Assembly: GCA_965644295.1 (NCBI GenBank)
Contig: CBFFRP010000297.1
Location: 434,001-498,000 of the forward strand
DNA from: Paraphysomonas bandaiensis
Lineage: Eukaryota; Protista; Chrysophyceae
Direction of reading: 5' to 3'
DNA length: 64,000 bases
Shown: positions 51,601 through 64,000 of the stretch, piece by piece
Layout of the letters: each line of letters starts with the position of its first letter
Position numbering within the stretch: the first letter of the stretch is position 1
Program-made: the position numbers and the translations under genes
The notes under the pieces: model-generated
Seen by the model: the letters and a program-made list of their open reading frames with translations, nothing else
The model's database searches: none
What the model was told of the DNA's origin: nothing

Positions 51601-54600
51601 AGCGGTTACTTTCACCCCTCCACCTGCAACACTGAGACCATTGGCAGTTACCACTAAACCTCCTTGTACAATTGTAGCTCCCCCAGTGACTTTAACACCT
51701 GCTGTCCACACAGTCGCACCACCAGTTACAGTTAATCCATTAAGTGCTATCGATGCACCACCAGAGCTTACTACCATGCCACCACTGTCAATCGTGAGAC
51801 TCCCTGTAACCTTCATTCCTCCACTACTGACAGTTGCACCACCAGTTACCTTTATACCATCTGCACTGACAGTTGCTCCATTGGCAGAAATTACTAGACC
51901 TGCGTCGTTTACAGTCAGTCCACCTGTAAAGCTTCCACCGCCGGTGTATACGCTTGCACCGCCTGTCGCTCTCAAGCCAGAATTAAAAACAGAGATACCC
52001 TGTGAGACTTGTAGTCCACCAGATGTAATTTTAGATGCGCCAGCAACCACAACACCAGAATCAAGTACTGTGACACCGCCAGATACTTTTACTCCTGATG
52101 CTGTGATTGTTAGGCCAGCCTTTGACAATACACCGGCACTATTAATGGTGAGACCTCCTGTTCCCACGATGCCTCCGAATGTGGTCAACCCACCAGCTGT
52201 GACATACACACCACCAGTAGACACAGTCACACCGTCAGCTACTTTCAAGCCATTCGAAGCTACGGACAGTCCACCTTCCACGACCCCACCTCCTGAAAAT
52301 ACCGTGTGACCACCAGTAACACCCATACCGCCCACCCGCACTGATACTCCACCTGTAACTGTCAGGCCACTTGACATAACAGAGTGCCCCCCCGTAACTT
52401 TCATTCCTGAAAGAGCGACAGTCGCTCCTCCAGTAGCTGTTATCCCCCCACTATCAACAGTAACTCCTCCAGTCACTCGAAAGCCATCAGCAAAAATTGT
52501 TAAACCCTTCGTCGTAACTTCAGCACCTAGGCTAGCTGTAAAAATAGCAGACGAAACGAGCGCGGCACCGGACACAGTAGCACCACCAGCGACTTTCATG
52601 CCCCCTGCCGAAACAGAAGCACCATCTTTGACAATAACTAGTCCCCCACTCATCACGCTCGCACCTCCAGTAACTCGCATACCATTCATCAGAACAGAGA
52701 GTCCCGAGGTACGAACCAAAAGTCCGCCTGTCCATATGGAGGTACCACCTGTGACCTGTAAACCACCACTTTGTACAGTAAATCCACTAGTTACTTTCAC
52801 CCCTCCACCTGCAACACTGAGACCATTGGCAGTTACCACTAAACCTCCTTGTACAATTGTAGCTCCCCCAGTGACTTTAACACCTGCTGTCCACACAGTC
52901 GCACCACCAGTTACAGTTAATCCATTAAGTGCTATCGATGCACCACCAGAGCTTACTACCATGCCACCACTGTCAACCGTGAGACTACCAGCAACCTTCA
53001 TCCCTCCACTACTGACAGTTGCACCACCCGCAGCTTTAAGACCCCCAGTAGAAACAGTCATCCCATTCTTCTGAATTACGAGACCCCCATCTCCTATCGT
53101 CGCACCACCAGTCAATTTCATTCCTCCAGTCACAATTGTCAAACCGGTGTTGGCCAGAACCACACCTGCATCTACAGTAGCACCTCCAGTTGCGACCAAG
53201 CCATTTGCTTGAACAGATAACCCCCCTGCGGTAACATACACACCACCTGAACTGACGGTGGTGCCTCCTACGACAGTGAGTCCGCTTGAGGTTATAGTTC
53301 CGCCACCAGAAGCAGAAACACCACCAGCTGTCACCACAATACCGTGATTTCCAACAGTTACACCACCAGTAACAACCATGAGACCAGCATTGATAGTCCC
53401 TTTATGTCGGACAAATAAACCACCTGATTGAACTGTGGCACCACCAGTTACAGATAGTCCCCCAGTGACAACAGATACACCATCAGTAACTTTCAATCCT
53501 CCAGACTGTAAAGACGACCCACCAACTACTTTCAAGCCTTCAGAAAACACGGTCGCTCCACCTTTGACAAGAAACCCTGCAGCCTCAGCAGTCAGACCAC
53601 CAGCGAGAACAAACAAACCGCCTGTGGTTACAGTCTCACCACCCTGTATAGCAACACCGCCGCTATTCACTGTTGCGCCAGCTGTAACAACCATTCCAGA
53701 CGCATGCACAGTCAGGCCGCTCGCAGCAATTGACATTCCATTGTTGAACACTCCGCCACCAGATACCGTGGTACCACCAGTTACAACCACACCACCTGTA
53801 ACCTTCAAACCTCCAGACATAATACTTGCACCCCCTGTAACTTTTATTCCATTGGCATTGACAGACCCCCCACCCTTTGTAACATAGATACCAATATCAT
53901 CGACGGTGAGCCCACCGGTAACTGTCATACCATTATCATAGACCGTCAATCCGTCTGAGACTTGAAGCCCTCCACCATTAACTACAACACCACCAGCTTT
54001 AACAGTGACTCCGCCATTTACAGTGGCCCCGCCTGTGACGTAAAGGCCATTAGCTTTCACGGATACACCCCCAGCACGAACATAGACACCTCCAGTAGAT
54101 ACAGTGACACCACCTGTGACAGCCATTCCAGCTTGAGACTCTAAGCGATTACTCAGTGTGGTTCCTGTTACAGTTGCATCACCAACAATGTGAACACCAA
54201 CATTGAGCACGCTAATACCACCAGTAACCTTCAAACCACCTGACGAAATAGTGGATCCACCAGTTACAACAGTACCACCTGCAACACTGAGACCATTGGC
54301 AGTTACCACTAAACCTCCTTGTACAATTGTAGCTCCCCCAGTGACTTTAACACCTGCTGTCCACACAGTCGCACCGCCAGTTACAGTTAGTCCATTAAGT
54401 GCTATCGATGCACCACCAGAGCTTACTACCATGCCGCCACTGTCAACTGTGAGACTACCAGTAACCTTCATTCCTCCACTACTGACAGTTGCACCACCGG
54501 TTACTTTTACACCGGCCGCTGCAACACTTAACCCGGATTGTGATACATATATACCACCCGTGCTGACTGTTGTTCCACCGACAACTTTCATCCCATCATC

Positions 54601-57600
54601 TGAGACTGTCATTCCCTCGTCTGAGATGACAACTCCTCCGTCTACTGTCATACCACCCACAGCATTAATGCCACCCGTTGCAACTCGAAATCCCCCAGTG
54701 GCAACGTGAATACCACCTGTATATACTGTGACTCCACTAGTTACTTTCAACCCATCGTTACGAACAGACACTCCGCCAGTTATTTTCAACCCACTCTGAA
54801 AAATAGTAACTCCACCTGTAATGCCAGCCCCGTTGGTATTTACATTCAAAACCCCGGAATGTAACCATAGCCCAGTGTCCATCACTGTCAAGCCACCATT
54901 CGTGATATACTGACCACCAGTCAAAATAGTGCTCCCACCGGTAACCTTCAGTCCAGCGCTTGATATAGTCATACCACCGGCAACACTGGCCCCAGAAGAG
55001 AGGACTTGCAATTTGCCCTCCACCTTCATTCCACCCGTATGGATCGTGCCACCGCCTGTCACAGCAAACCCGCCAGCTCCAACAGATAATCCACCGGCAT
55101 TAACTTTGACTCCACCACTGACAACGGTGCCCCCACCAACGGATTTAAATCCATCACTGCTTATTGTCATGCCGTCATCGGATAGCACGACTCCACCGTC
55201 AACTGTGGCACCACCAGTAACTGTCATACCGCTTGCTTTCACTGACAGGCCACCAGCGGTAACATACACACCACCAGACCCCACTGTTCCACCGCCAGTG
55301 ATATACAATCCATCTCTCATAACAGATATTCCACCGGTAACTTTGAGCCCACCAGATGATATCGACTGACCACCGTTAACGACACGAACTCCTCCGTTTT
55401 GCACAGTTAGACCATCGACCTGGACCCACATTCCGCCAGTCATAACAGTGGAACCACCATAAATATTACTTCCTCCAGACCATATTGTTTGGCCACCAGT
55501 GACTGTCAAGCCGTTACCTGATATTGAAGCACCTCCAGTGGACACTAATAATCCACCGCTGTTTACCGTGACACCACCTGATACACGAAGCCCACCACTC
55601 ATTATAGTGGCTCCACCACCAAAGGTCGCACCATTAGCTTGGACGGTTAAACCACCGGCTTGAACATGTAGACCTCCACTGGAAACAGTAGCTCCACCAG
55701 CTACCTTTAATCCATCAGAAGCAATTGATGTGCCACCATCGGATACCACAAATCCGCCGTCAACTGTGCCACCACCAGTAACTGTCACACCGTGCGCTTT
55801 CACCGACAGGCCACCAGCAGTAACATACACACCACCAGATCCCACTGTTCCACCACCTGTGACATAGAACCCATCGGTGACAACTGAAATACCACCAGTA
55901 GCTTGCAAGCCGCCTGAAAATATTGTCGTTCCAGCGGTTACTTTCACCCCTCCACCTGCAACACTGAGACCATTGGCAGTTACCACTAAACCTCCTTGTA
56001 CAATTGTAGCTCCCCCAGTGACTTTAACACCTGCTGTCCACACAGTCGCACCACCAGTTACAGTTAATCCATTAAGTGCTATCGATGCACCACCAGAGCT
56101 TACTACCATGCCGCCACTGTCAATCGTGAGACTCCCTGTAACCTTCATTCCGCCACTGAATACAGTTGCTCCGCCAGTAGTTTTAATACCGCCAGATACG
56201 ACTGAGATCCCACCATTATTAACCACAAGGCCATCATTGTTAATCGTCTGACCACCAGCTGTAATGTACATACCACCAGTAGACACAGTCGCACCACCTG
56301 TAACGACAACACCCCCTCCAACAGTTCCGCCACCAGCCACTTTCATCCCAGTTGCTGACACAGTGAAACCACCGGCAGTTACAACTATCCCTCCATCCAC
56401 AACAGTTTGACCTGCTTTCACTTTAAAACCACCAGTCCACACAGTGCCACCTCCAGTGATTGCTAACCCACCAGATGACGCACTTATCCCGTTGGCTACC
56501 TTTAATCCACCTACAACACTCTGTCCTCCACTCGAAACAACTAAGCCCGAATCCGCCACAGTTGCACCATCAATAACATGCAGTCCTCCTTCTGTAACTG
56601 ATAGCCCTCCAGAAACTTTTAAACCTAGTGAGGTAATAGTGCCTCCCCCAACGACCTTGAAACCATTACTGTACACCGTGCCACCGCCAGTCACACCAAA
56701 TCCATGAGAACCTGTGGAAATTCCACCCGTTGTTACAACTACGCCCCCTTGAACCGTCAGCCCGGCGGCAGTCACATAAACTCCTCCTGTCGATACAGTA
56801 CCACCACCATTAACAACTAATCCGTCATCGTTCACAGTAACACCGCCAGTAGCCGCGAAACCACCAGACATTACACTAATTCCATCTGTGACGGTCATTC
56901 CCGTGGCTTCAACTGACAGTCCCCCAGCTGTAACTTTGAGGCCTTGTGTAAGCACGGTTATTCCATCTGAAACAGCCATGCCAATATCGTAAATAGATAT
57001 ACCAGCAGAAACCTGTACTCCTTGTAGCTTCGACACACCAGAAGAAACCACAATGCCTTGATTGTTCACAGTTATCCCCCCCTTCACCCAAACACCTCCA
57101 CTATCAACAGTTGTTCCACCAGTGACCTTCAAACCACCAGAAACGACACTCTCACCGTCATTTACTATTGATCCACCGGCTGAAACAGTGTGTCCGCCAG
57201 CGGTCACCACTAAACCTCCTTGTACAATTGTAGCTCCCCCAGTGACTTTAACACCTGCTGTCCACACAGTCGCACCACCAGTTACAGTTAATCCATTAAG
57301 TGCTATCGATGCACCACCAGAGCTTACTACCATGCCACCACTGTCAACTGTGAGACTACCAGCAACCTTCATCCCTCCACTACTGACAGTTGCACCACCC
57401 GCAGCTTTAAGACCCCCAGTAGAAACAGTCATCCCATTCTTCTGAATTACGAGACCCCCATCTCCTATCGTCGCACCACCAGTCAATTTCATTCCTCCAG
57501 TCACAATTGTCAAACCGGTGTTGGCCAGAACCACACCTGCATCCATCGTAGCACCTCCTGTAACAACAATTCCGGTTGCCTCCACAGAAAGACCGCCGCT

Positions 57601-60600
57601 TTTCACAACTAATCCCTCGTTTCCCACAGTAGCCCCACCAGTGACATACAAACCACCTGTCCGAATTGAAGTACCGCCAATTATTTTCATACCATCTGAA
57701 AACACGGATGTGCCGCCAGTGATATGCAAGCCATCACTAAGCAGTTGCACTCTGCCACTGCGAACAACGATACCACCACTCTGTATAGTAGCACCCTTAG
57801 TTACTTTTAAGCCTTCAGAAAACACGGTCGCTCCACCTTTGACAAGAAACCCTGCAGCCTCAGCAGTCAGACCACCAGCGAGAACAAACAAACCGCCTGT
57901 GGTTACAGTCTCGCCACCCTGTATAGCAACACCGCCGCTATTCACTGTTGCGCCAGCTGTAACAACCATTCCAGACGCATGCACAGTCAGGCCGCTCGCA
58001 GCAATTGACATTCCATTGTTGAACACTCCGCCACCAGATACCGTGGTACCACCAGTTACAACCACACCACCTGTAACCTTCAAACCTCCAGACATAATAC
58101 TTGCACCCCCTGTAACTTTTATTCCATTGGCATTGACAGACCCCCCACCCTTTGTAACATATATACCAATATCATCGACGGTGAGTCCTCCGGTGGTCTT
58201 CATACCAGAATCGTTTATAGTCAACCCAGTCGACACCTTGAGACCTCCATTTTGGATGGTGGCACCGTTCAGTTCTACAACCAAGCCATCATCTGCGATC
58301 GTAAGGCCGTGATCGGAAATGACAAACCCAACATCACTTACAGTAAATCCATCTACAACATGAAGGCCACCGGATAATATTGAAACACCACCGGTTATTT
58401 TCACTCCATCGGATGCGACAGTGGATCCACCACTTGTATACAAACCACCTGAGTCCACGGATATCCCACTTGTAACTTTCATACCACCACTATTTATTGT
58501 TGCACCGTCACTGGCCTTGAAGCCTTGAGCCAAAACACTCATTCCGCCCTGCTGTACAACTATCCCTGCGCTTCTCACTGTCGTACCTCCTGTTATTTTC
58601 ATCCCCCCGGAGGTAACTGTCAGACCAGTATTTTCCAGAACCATGCCAGAATCCACAGTGGTACCGCCAGTGACATACAGACCATCAGCAGCAATCGATG
58701 CACCTCCTGCGGTAACATGTAGGCCAGTGTTACCTACAGTGAGCCCACCATTTACGAGCATGCCAGTATCGTAAACTGTGACACCCCCAGTTACTCGAAA
58801 TCCAGTGCTCTGAATAGATACGCCACCAGCTGCAACCAACATTCCACCTGAGGTTACAGTGACCGCACCTTTAACTTTCATGCCGTCATTCTCAATGGAT
58901 ATACCGTGTGAGAGCGCAAAAATTCCACCTGAGAAGACAGTGACTCCACCAGTAACTTTCACTCCATCTGCAGCTACAGACAACCCTTTAGTTGTGACAT
59001 ATACACCTTCATTCATCAGTGTGAGTCCTCCAGTGACCTGCATACCACCACTGTTGACACTCACTCCTCCTGTGGCTTCCATTCCACCGCTATTGACACT
59101 CACACCACCCGATACTTTAACTCCTTGATCAAATATAGTGGCACCACCAAATACCAACATCCCGTCATCGTATACAGTAATTCCGTCAGACACTCGAAGC
59201 CCACCAGTTTCTATGGATATCGTATTGTATCCAACTAAGCCGCTATTTAGCGTCACTCCACCAGTTACCTTCATTCCTCCGTTCATGATTGTTGCACCAC
59301 CGGATGCTGCAAATCCGGCGGCACCAATGCTCAGACCATTTGCTGAAACATGAACACCACCTTGGAGCACAGTAAGGCCACCCGTAACTTTCACCCCTCC
59401 AGTGTACACTGACGCTCCACCCGTGACTGTGAGACCATCTTGTGCAATACTTATTCCCTTCGTAGTAACATATAATCCACCTCCTCTAAGGACGGTCATA
59501 CCCCCAGTGACTTTCATGCCACCAGTTACTACGGATATACCTTCTGTAACTTTTAGACCACCCGCATTTATCGAGAGTCCGCCAGAAACAATGCTTCCAT
59601 CCACAGCATTTAGGGCCCCCGATACAATGTATAATCCACCATCCCGTACAGTTACCCCGCCGTTAATATCGACACCAGAGTCATGAATGCGTGCACCGCC
59701 CAACAAAATTTCCAGGCCATCGTTGGCTATAGTAATACCATTAGTTCTAACATAAATACCTTCTGTATTAACACTTATGCCATCGGTAACCGTCAAACCA
59801 CTTGTTGCAATGGATACTCCTTCATACGCAACTATTCCTGTGTCTGCAGCAGTTATTCCACCAGTGACTTTCACGCCACCAAAATACACCGAGAGCCCTT
59901 GTGTAACGACAAAAACTCCACCAGAAGTCACAGTAGCACCACCTTTAACTTTGAAACCTGCTTCATCTATCGTCCCTCCACCGGTAACAACAACACCACC
60001 ACCTACAACTGACAGTCCACTATCCGTTTTAATGCCTGCTGTTGACACGGTAAGGCCGCCAGCATTAATATCCATGCCTGCAGACTCTATAGTAGCTCCC
60101 CCCGTTATAATCACACCGGCGTTCCGCACAGACAAACCACCCGTCACTTGGAAACCACCACTCGTTACTGCAGCACCGTTGTTTGCTACTAGCCGACCAG
60201 AATTCACAGTTAACCCGTCGGCTGATACGTACAACCCTCCAGTAGTAACAGTGGTGCCACCTGTTACTTTCAACCCTCCTGATTGTAGTGTTTTTCCGCC
60301 TGTAACTTTGAAGCCACCACTCATTATAGACGCCCCTGCTGTAACAACCACCCCTCCATCGACTACACTGATACCAGTAGCCGCCACAACTATTCCGCCG
60401 GATGTAACAGTAATACCGTGCTGATCAACCAGCATCCCCCCAGTCTGTAATCGCGTTCGTCCATTCACCGTCATACCGTTGTTGTTGACGCTGATTCCAT
60501 TAGTTACGGCAAGACCGTCGCTGACAACACTTATTCCTTCTGTGACCTTGAGTCCCCCTTTTGCAATGGTTCCACCACCAGTAACCACAATACCTGTGTC

Positions 60601-63600
60601 ACCAATGCTTAGACCGCCAGTGATAAGAGCACCATCGGTCGCGATGCTTAGACCGCCATTTTGTACGTAGAGACCACCAGAGCTCACCGTAACTCCCCCT
60701 GTTACTCCAATGCCACTAAGCATTACTACCTCGTCATTGAACACTGCGTTGTCATTTACTGTAATTCCACCAGTAATGGTAATTCCATCCGTCAGAATAG
60801 ATACACCACCGCGCTGAACGTAGATACCGCCTGTGCGAACAGTGGACCCTCCTGTCACAACCAGGCCTCCAGATTGAACAGATACGGTGCCGGTGACTTT
60901 GAGCCCACCAGAAAGTACAGTTGCACCAGCAGTTACTTTTACACCTTCACCTGAAATGGAGAGTCCTCCTGTGGTGATAAAAATACCCCCACTATTTACT
61001 GTTGCTCCATCGGTAACTGTTAGGCCAGATGCAACAATTGAAACTCCACCCTTGCTTACTACAAGCCCATGGTTAGATATTGTAACTCCATCTGTGGACA
61101 CTAAGACACCACCATAGTTAACAGAAAGTCCGCCATCAGCAATTCTTAAACCGACATTTCCCAATGTAACTCCGCCTGTCACATAGAGTCCGCCGGAAAG
61201 TAGGGAAGTGCCACCAGTAACTTTTACTCCTCCTGTAATGACTGATATACCACTTCTAATCTTGGCCCCATCAGAATCAACTGATAATCCGCCAGATAAA
61301 ACAAACATGCCACCTTTCAAAATCGTTGCACCCCCAGTGACTTTTAAACCTCCAGAGACTATGGATGCCCCGCCACTAATTTTCGTCCCCCCAGACAATA
61401 TAGACACACTACCCGTCACAGTCAAACCGTCAGCATGAATCATCGCCCCACCAGAATTTAGGCTGATGCCACCGGTTACAGCAAGGCCGCCGGAATTAAT
61501 AGAACTTCCACCTGTCACGGTGGTACCGTCGGCTATCACAGAGAGACCGCCAGACTTCACGTACAGCCCTCCTGTATTTATTGTATGTCCACCAGTCAGA
61601 GTGAGGCCTGAATTTTGAACAGATATTCCTGCAGTAACTGTAAGTCCGCCATTGTTAACAGTTGCTCCCCCTGTGAGTGTCACACCGCCCAAATTTACTG
61701 TGAGTCCTTTCGTAGTAACAACGATACCGCCGCTATTAATAGTGGCTCCCCCAGTCACTACCAAGCCCCCAGTAACCACAGATACACTACCAGTAACCTT
61801 CAAACCTCCGGTGAAAATGGATTGTCCACCGCTTAAATGCAGACCATCCAGCTGGATAGATACACCCCCGTCGGTGATTTTCAAACCATCATCGTGCAAT
61901 GTCAAACCACCTGTAATTCTCATTCCACCGGAGTTAACAGAAACGGCATTGGAAACTTTAAGGCCACCCGAATTAATAGTTATCCCTGCGGTCACTTTGA
62001 TTCCATGTAACGCAATTGTTAGTCCCTGTGAAACGACATGAATACCACCATCGTTCACAGTCAGTCCATTAGAGATTTTTAATCCACCAGAATTAATCGT
62101 CGTCCCTCCTGTAACTTCAATTCCTTCGGACATTACAGAAAGCCCTCCAGTCAGCGTAAGTCCGTCGTCTGCAATAGATACACCCTCAGTTCTAACATAC
62201 AGCCCACCGATATTCACCGTCGTTCCGCCCGTGACTGTAAGTCCGGCAGAGTTAACTGAAATGCCGCCTGTGGCTCTCATCCCGCCCGATTGCACAGTGA
62301 TCCCAGCAGTTACCTTCACGCCAGCAGCGAGAACTGAAATTCCACCAAGGTCTACTTTCATTCCTCCTGCCATGACTGTGGCACCCCCTGCCGTAAGACG
62401 AATTCCGCCAGCGGTCACATCCAGCCCATCTGTTTGGATGGTTACACCATTGGTAACATATATCCCTTCCGAGAGAACACTGAGACCAGCAGTTATTTTC
62501 ATCCCTTGACTGTTGATCGTTATACCATCTGTTACAACCATTCCACCAGACATCACCGTCGACCCCCCGGTGATCGTAATGCCCTGACTCATCACGGACA
62601 ATCCGGCGGAGAGCTTAAGCCCGCCGTCAACAGAAAGGCCTCCTTGTGCGATATTGAGGCCACCCTCGTACATATCCACGTTTCCACCGCCATCTAACTC
62701 AAAAATAGTATCTAGGTCATCAGTTATCTTAACAAAATTAAAAGTGGACGATGCTGGATTAGATGAAGAAAGGTGAAGCACATTTCCAGCAAATGTCGAG
62801 GATGTGGATTCAACGTATAAAATGTCGTACACATCTGAGTCGATAACTTGCAGGATACTATACGAGTCACAGTTGCTATTTTCAAAGTCTTGGAAGCAGC
62901 TACATACACCGGTGTCAAAGTTACACAGTCCTCTATTACTGCAGTACGCGTATTCTGTTATGAAAAGAATTACCGAAGAGATAACTAAAATATCTAGCGC
63001 GCAGAGAACTTACCTGGTATTGACCCAACAGCCACATCCTGAAGAGTACAAGTGGGAGTGGTACCTGACGTTACCTTGTCCACATCACACTGAAAAGACG
63101 TCAGCGCCGGGTTGCCATCATGAGTGTATATATTATTCTCCCATGGTTGAAGGGGGAACGATCTCAGCTCTACAGTGTACAGAGCACCAGAGAAGGCATT
63201 TACAGCACCACGGGTGCAGGTAACATCTTTCACATTTTTCAATCCCTCGAATGCCGCTTCACAGTCCGCACCGGTAAAGGTATTTGCATCTGCGTCGAAG
63301 TAAAAATACTCTCCATTGAAAGTAAACTTAAACTCCCCATCGAGCGAACCCGCTGAGGCAGATGTTTCAAAGGTTATAGTACGGTAGTCAGTGAATACTG
63401 TAAATGGATCGTCACCCTTTGGACACATGCCTGCAGCACAGTAAGTTAGAAAGCATATCTAAAACTATTATAATATCTTACGCATCGAACAATCCTGTCC
63501 GGTGTAGCCTGTATATAAATGATCAGAAGCAAATACGATGTAAGATGTTAACTATTACCCATATCACATATGCACCCAGTGACCTGCTTGCCGTCCCAAG

Positions 63601-64000
63601 CATTGTATTCACCATCATTTCCAAGAGTATAGAAATCGTAAATACGCTCAATCGTTAAGCATGTGCCATGATCTCCACAATTCTGTCCACATGACACTAG
63701 TTTGGGGGGGTGAAACAAGATTGCAACACATTACGTAGGGCTCACTTACTTCTTTCACAAGCAGCACCTTCAAAACCTTCCATACATTTGCACCGCCCCT
63801 TCACAATAAAAGGTAAGAAAAAGGTTTCAAGATTTGTCGGAAATACCGTTTGTCTGTCACATATCCCTTGATTTGAGCACTCTGTTAACGCATGGCCTAC
63901 ATCCTCTGCACTTGCTTTGTCTGCCCACGCAAATCCAGAAGGGCAAAATTCTATCAAGGAGTGCTGTCAATAACAAAAACAATAGCAACATATTTCACTT
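48676..64000 (-). CDS. Giant (>5000 aa) fibre protein: SIG1/OCM1 mastigoneme-type EGF domains + Gly/Val/Thr beta-repeat shaft + peptidase S74 intramolecular chaperone (5' end outside window)
   Basis: Short EGF exons 63957-63014 (CPSGFAWAD..GHALTECSNQGICDRQTG, WDGKQVTGCICDMGYTGQDCSMRMCPKGDDP). Intron 63013-62955, then one 14,279-bp exon starting EYAYCSNRGLCNFDTG and reading open through the repeats into PSDRRLK...LGVIAQEVQAVLPSVV...VKYIELIPVLIEAIRDL and a coiled coil. Confidence 0.9.

Noticed and set aside
49046-62697. Many plus-strand Pro/Thr/Val-rich ORFs (up to 564 aa)
   Set aside because: Antisense shadows of the Gly-rich minus-strand exon (GGN reads as NCC/CCN); no independent gene signals.
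48676-62832. Prophage, endogenous virus or bacterial contamination as the source of the S74 ORF
   Set aside because: It is in frame with a eukaryotic EGF domain in the same exon and linked to spliced exons; no other viral genes are nearby.
63900-63991. ATG-initiated MLLLFLLLTALL as the signal peptide of the giant gene
   Set aside because: It is out of frame with the EGF exon and reads as a T-rich intron 3' end; the real start probably lies beyond the window.

Overview
Gene-dense, intron-rich eukaryotic DNA with short (mostly ~45-60 bp) GT-AG introns. It is most consistent with a flagellated stramenopile (chrysophyte/ochrophyte-like), inferred from SIG1/OCM1-type mastigoneme EGF motifs and oomycete-type hAT remnants. 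About 18 protein genes are recognisable, almost all in head-to-head pairs: ABHD4/5-like hydrolase, divergent histone H3, ankyrin-WW-kinesin-14, small TM protein, DUF445, kelch, IQ-C2-PH, FERM-IQ, actin-fragmin-kinase-like, GGCT-like, FANCI-like, DnaJ, MLO-EF-hand, DPAGT1, Ras-family GTPase, RING-H2 ligase, GT23-like fucosyltransferase and one giant gene. TATG/TACA microsatellites sit in the divergent spacers, and hAT, Copia and MITE debris in the convergent spacers. The standout is the giant minus-strand gene (48676 to >64000). In it, mastigoneme-type EGF domains are spliced in frame onto a 14.3-kb exon encoding ~4,550 aa of Gly/Val/Thr beta-repeats that end in a phage-tailspike-type peptidase S74 self-cleaving chaperone: a eukaryotic protein built like a bacteriophage tail fibre. 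All calls are by eye from motifs; no database searches were run.
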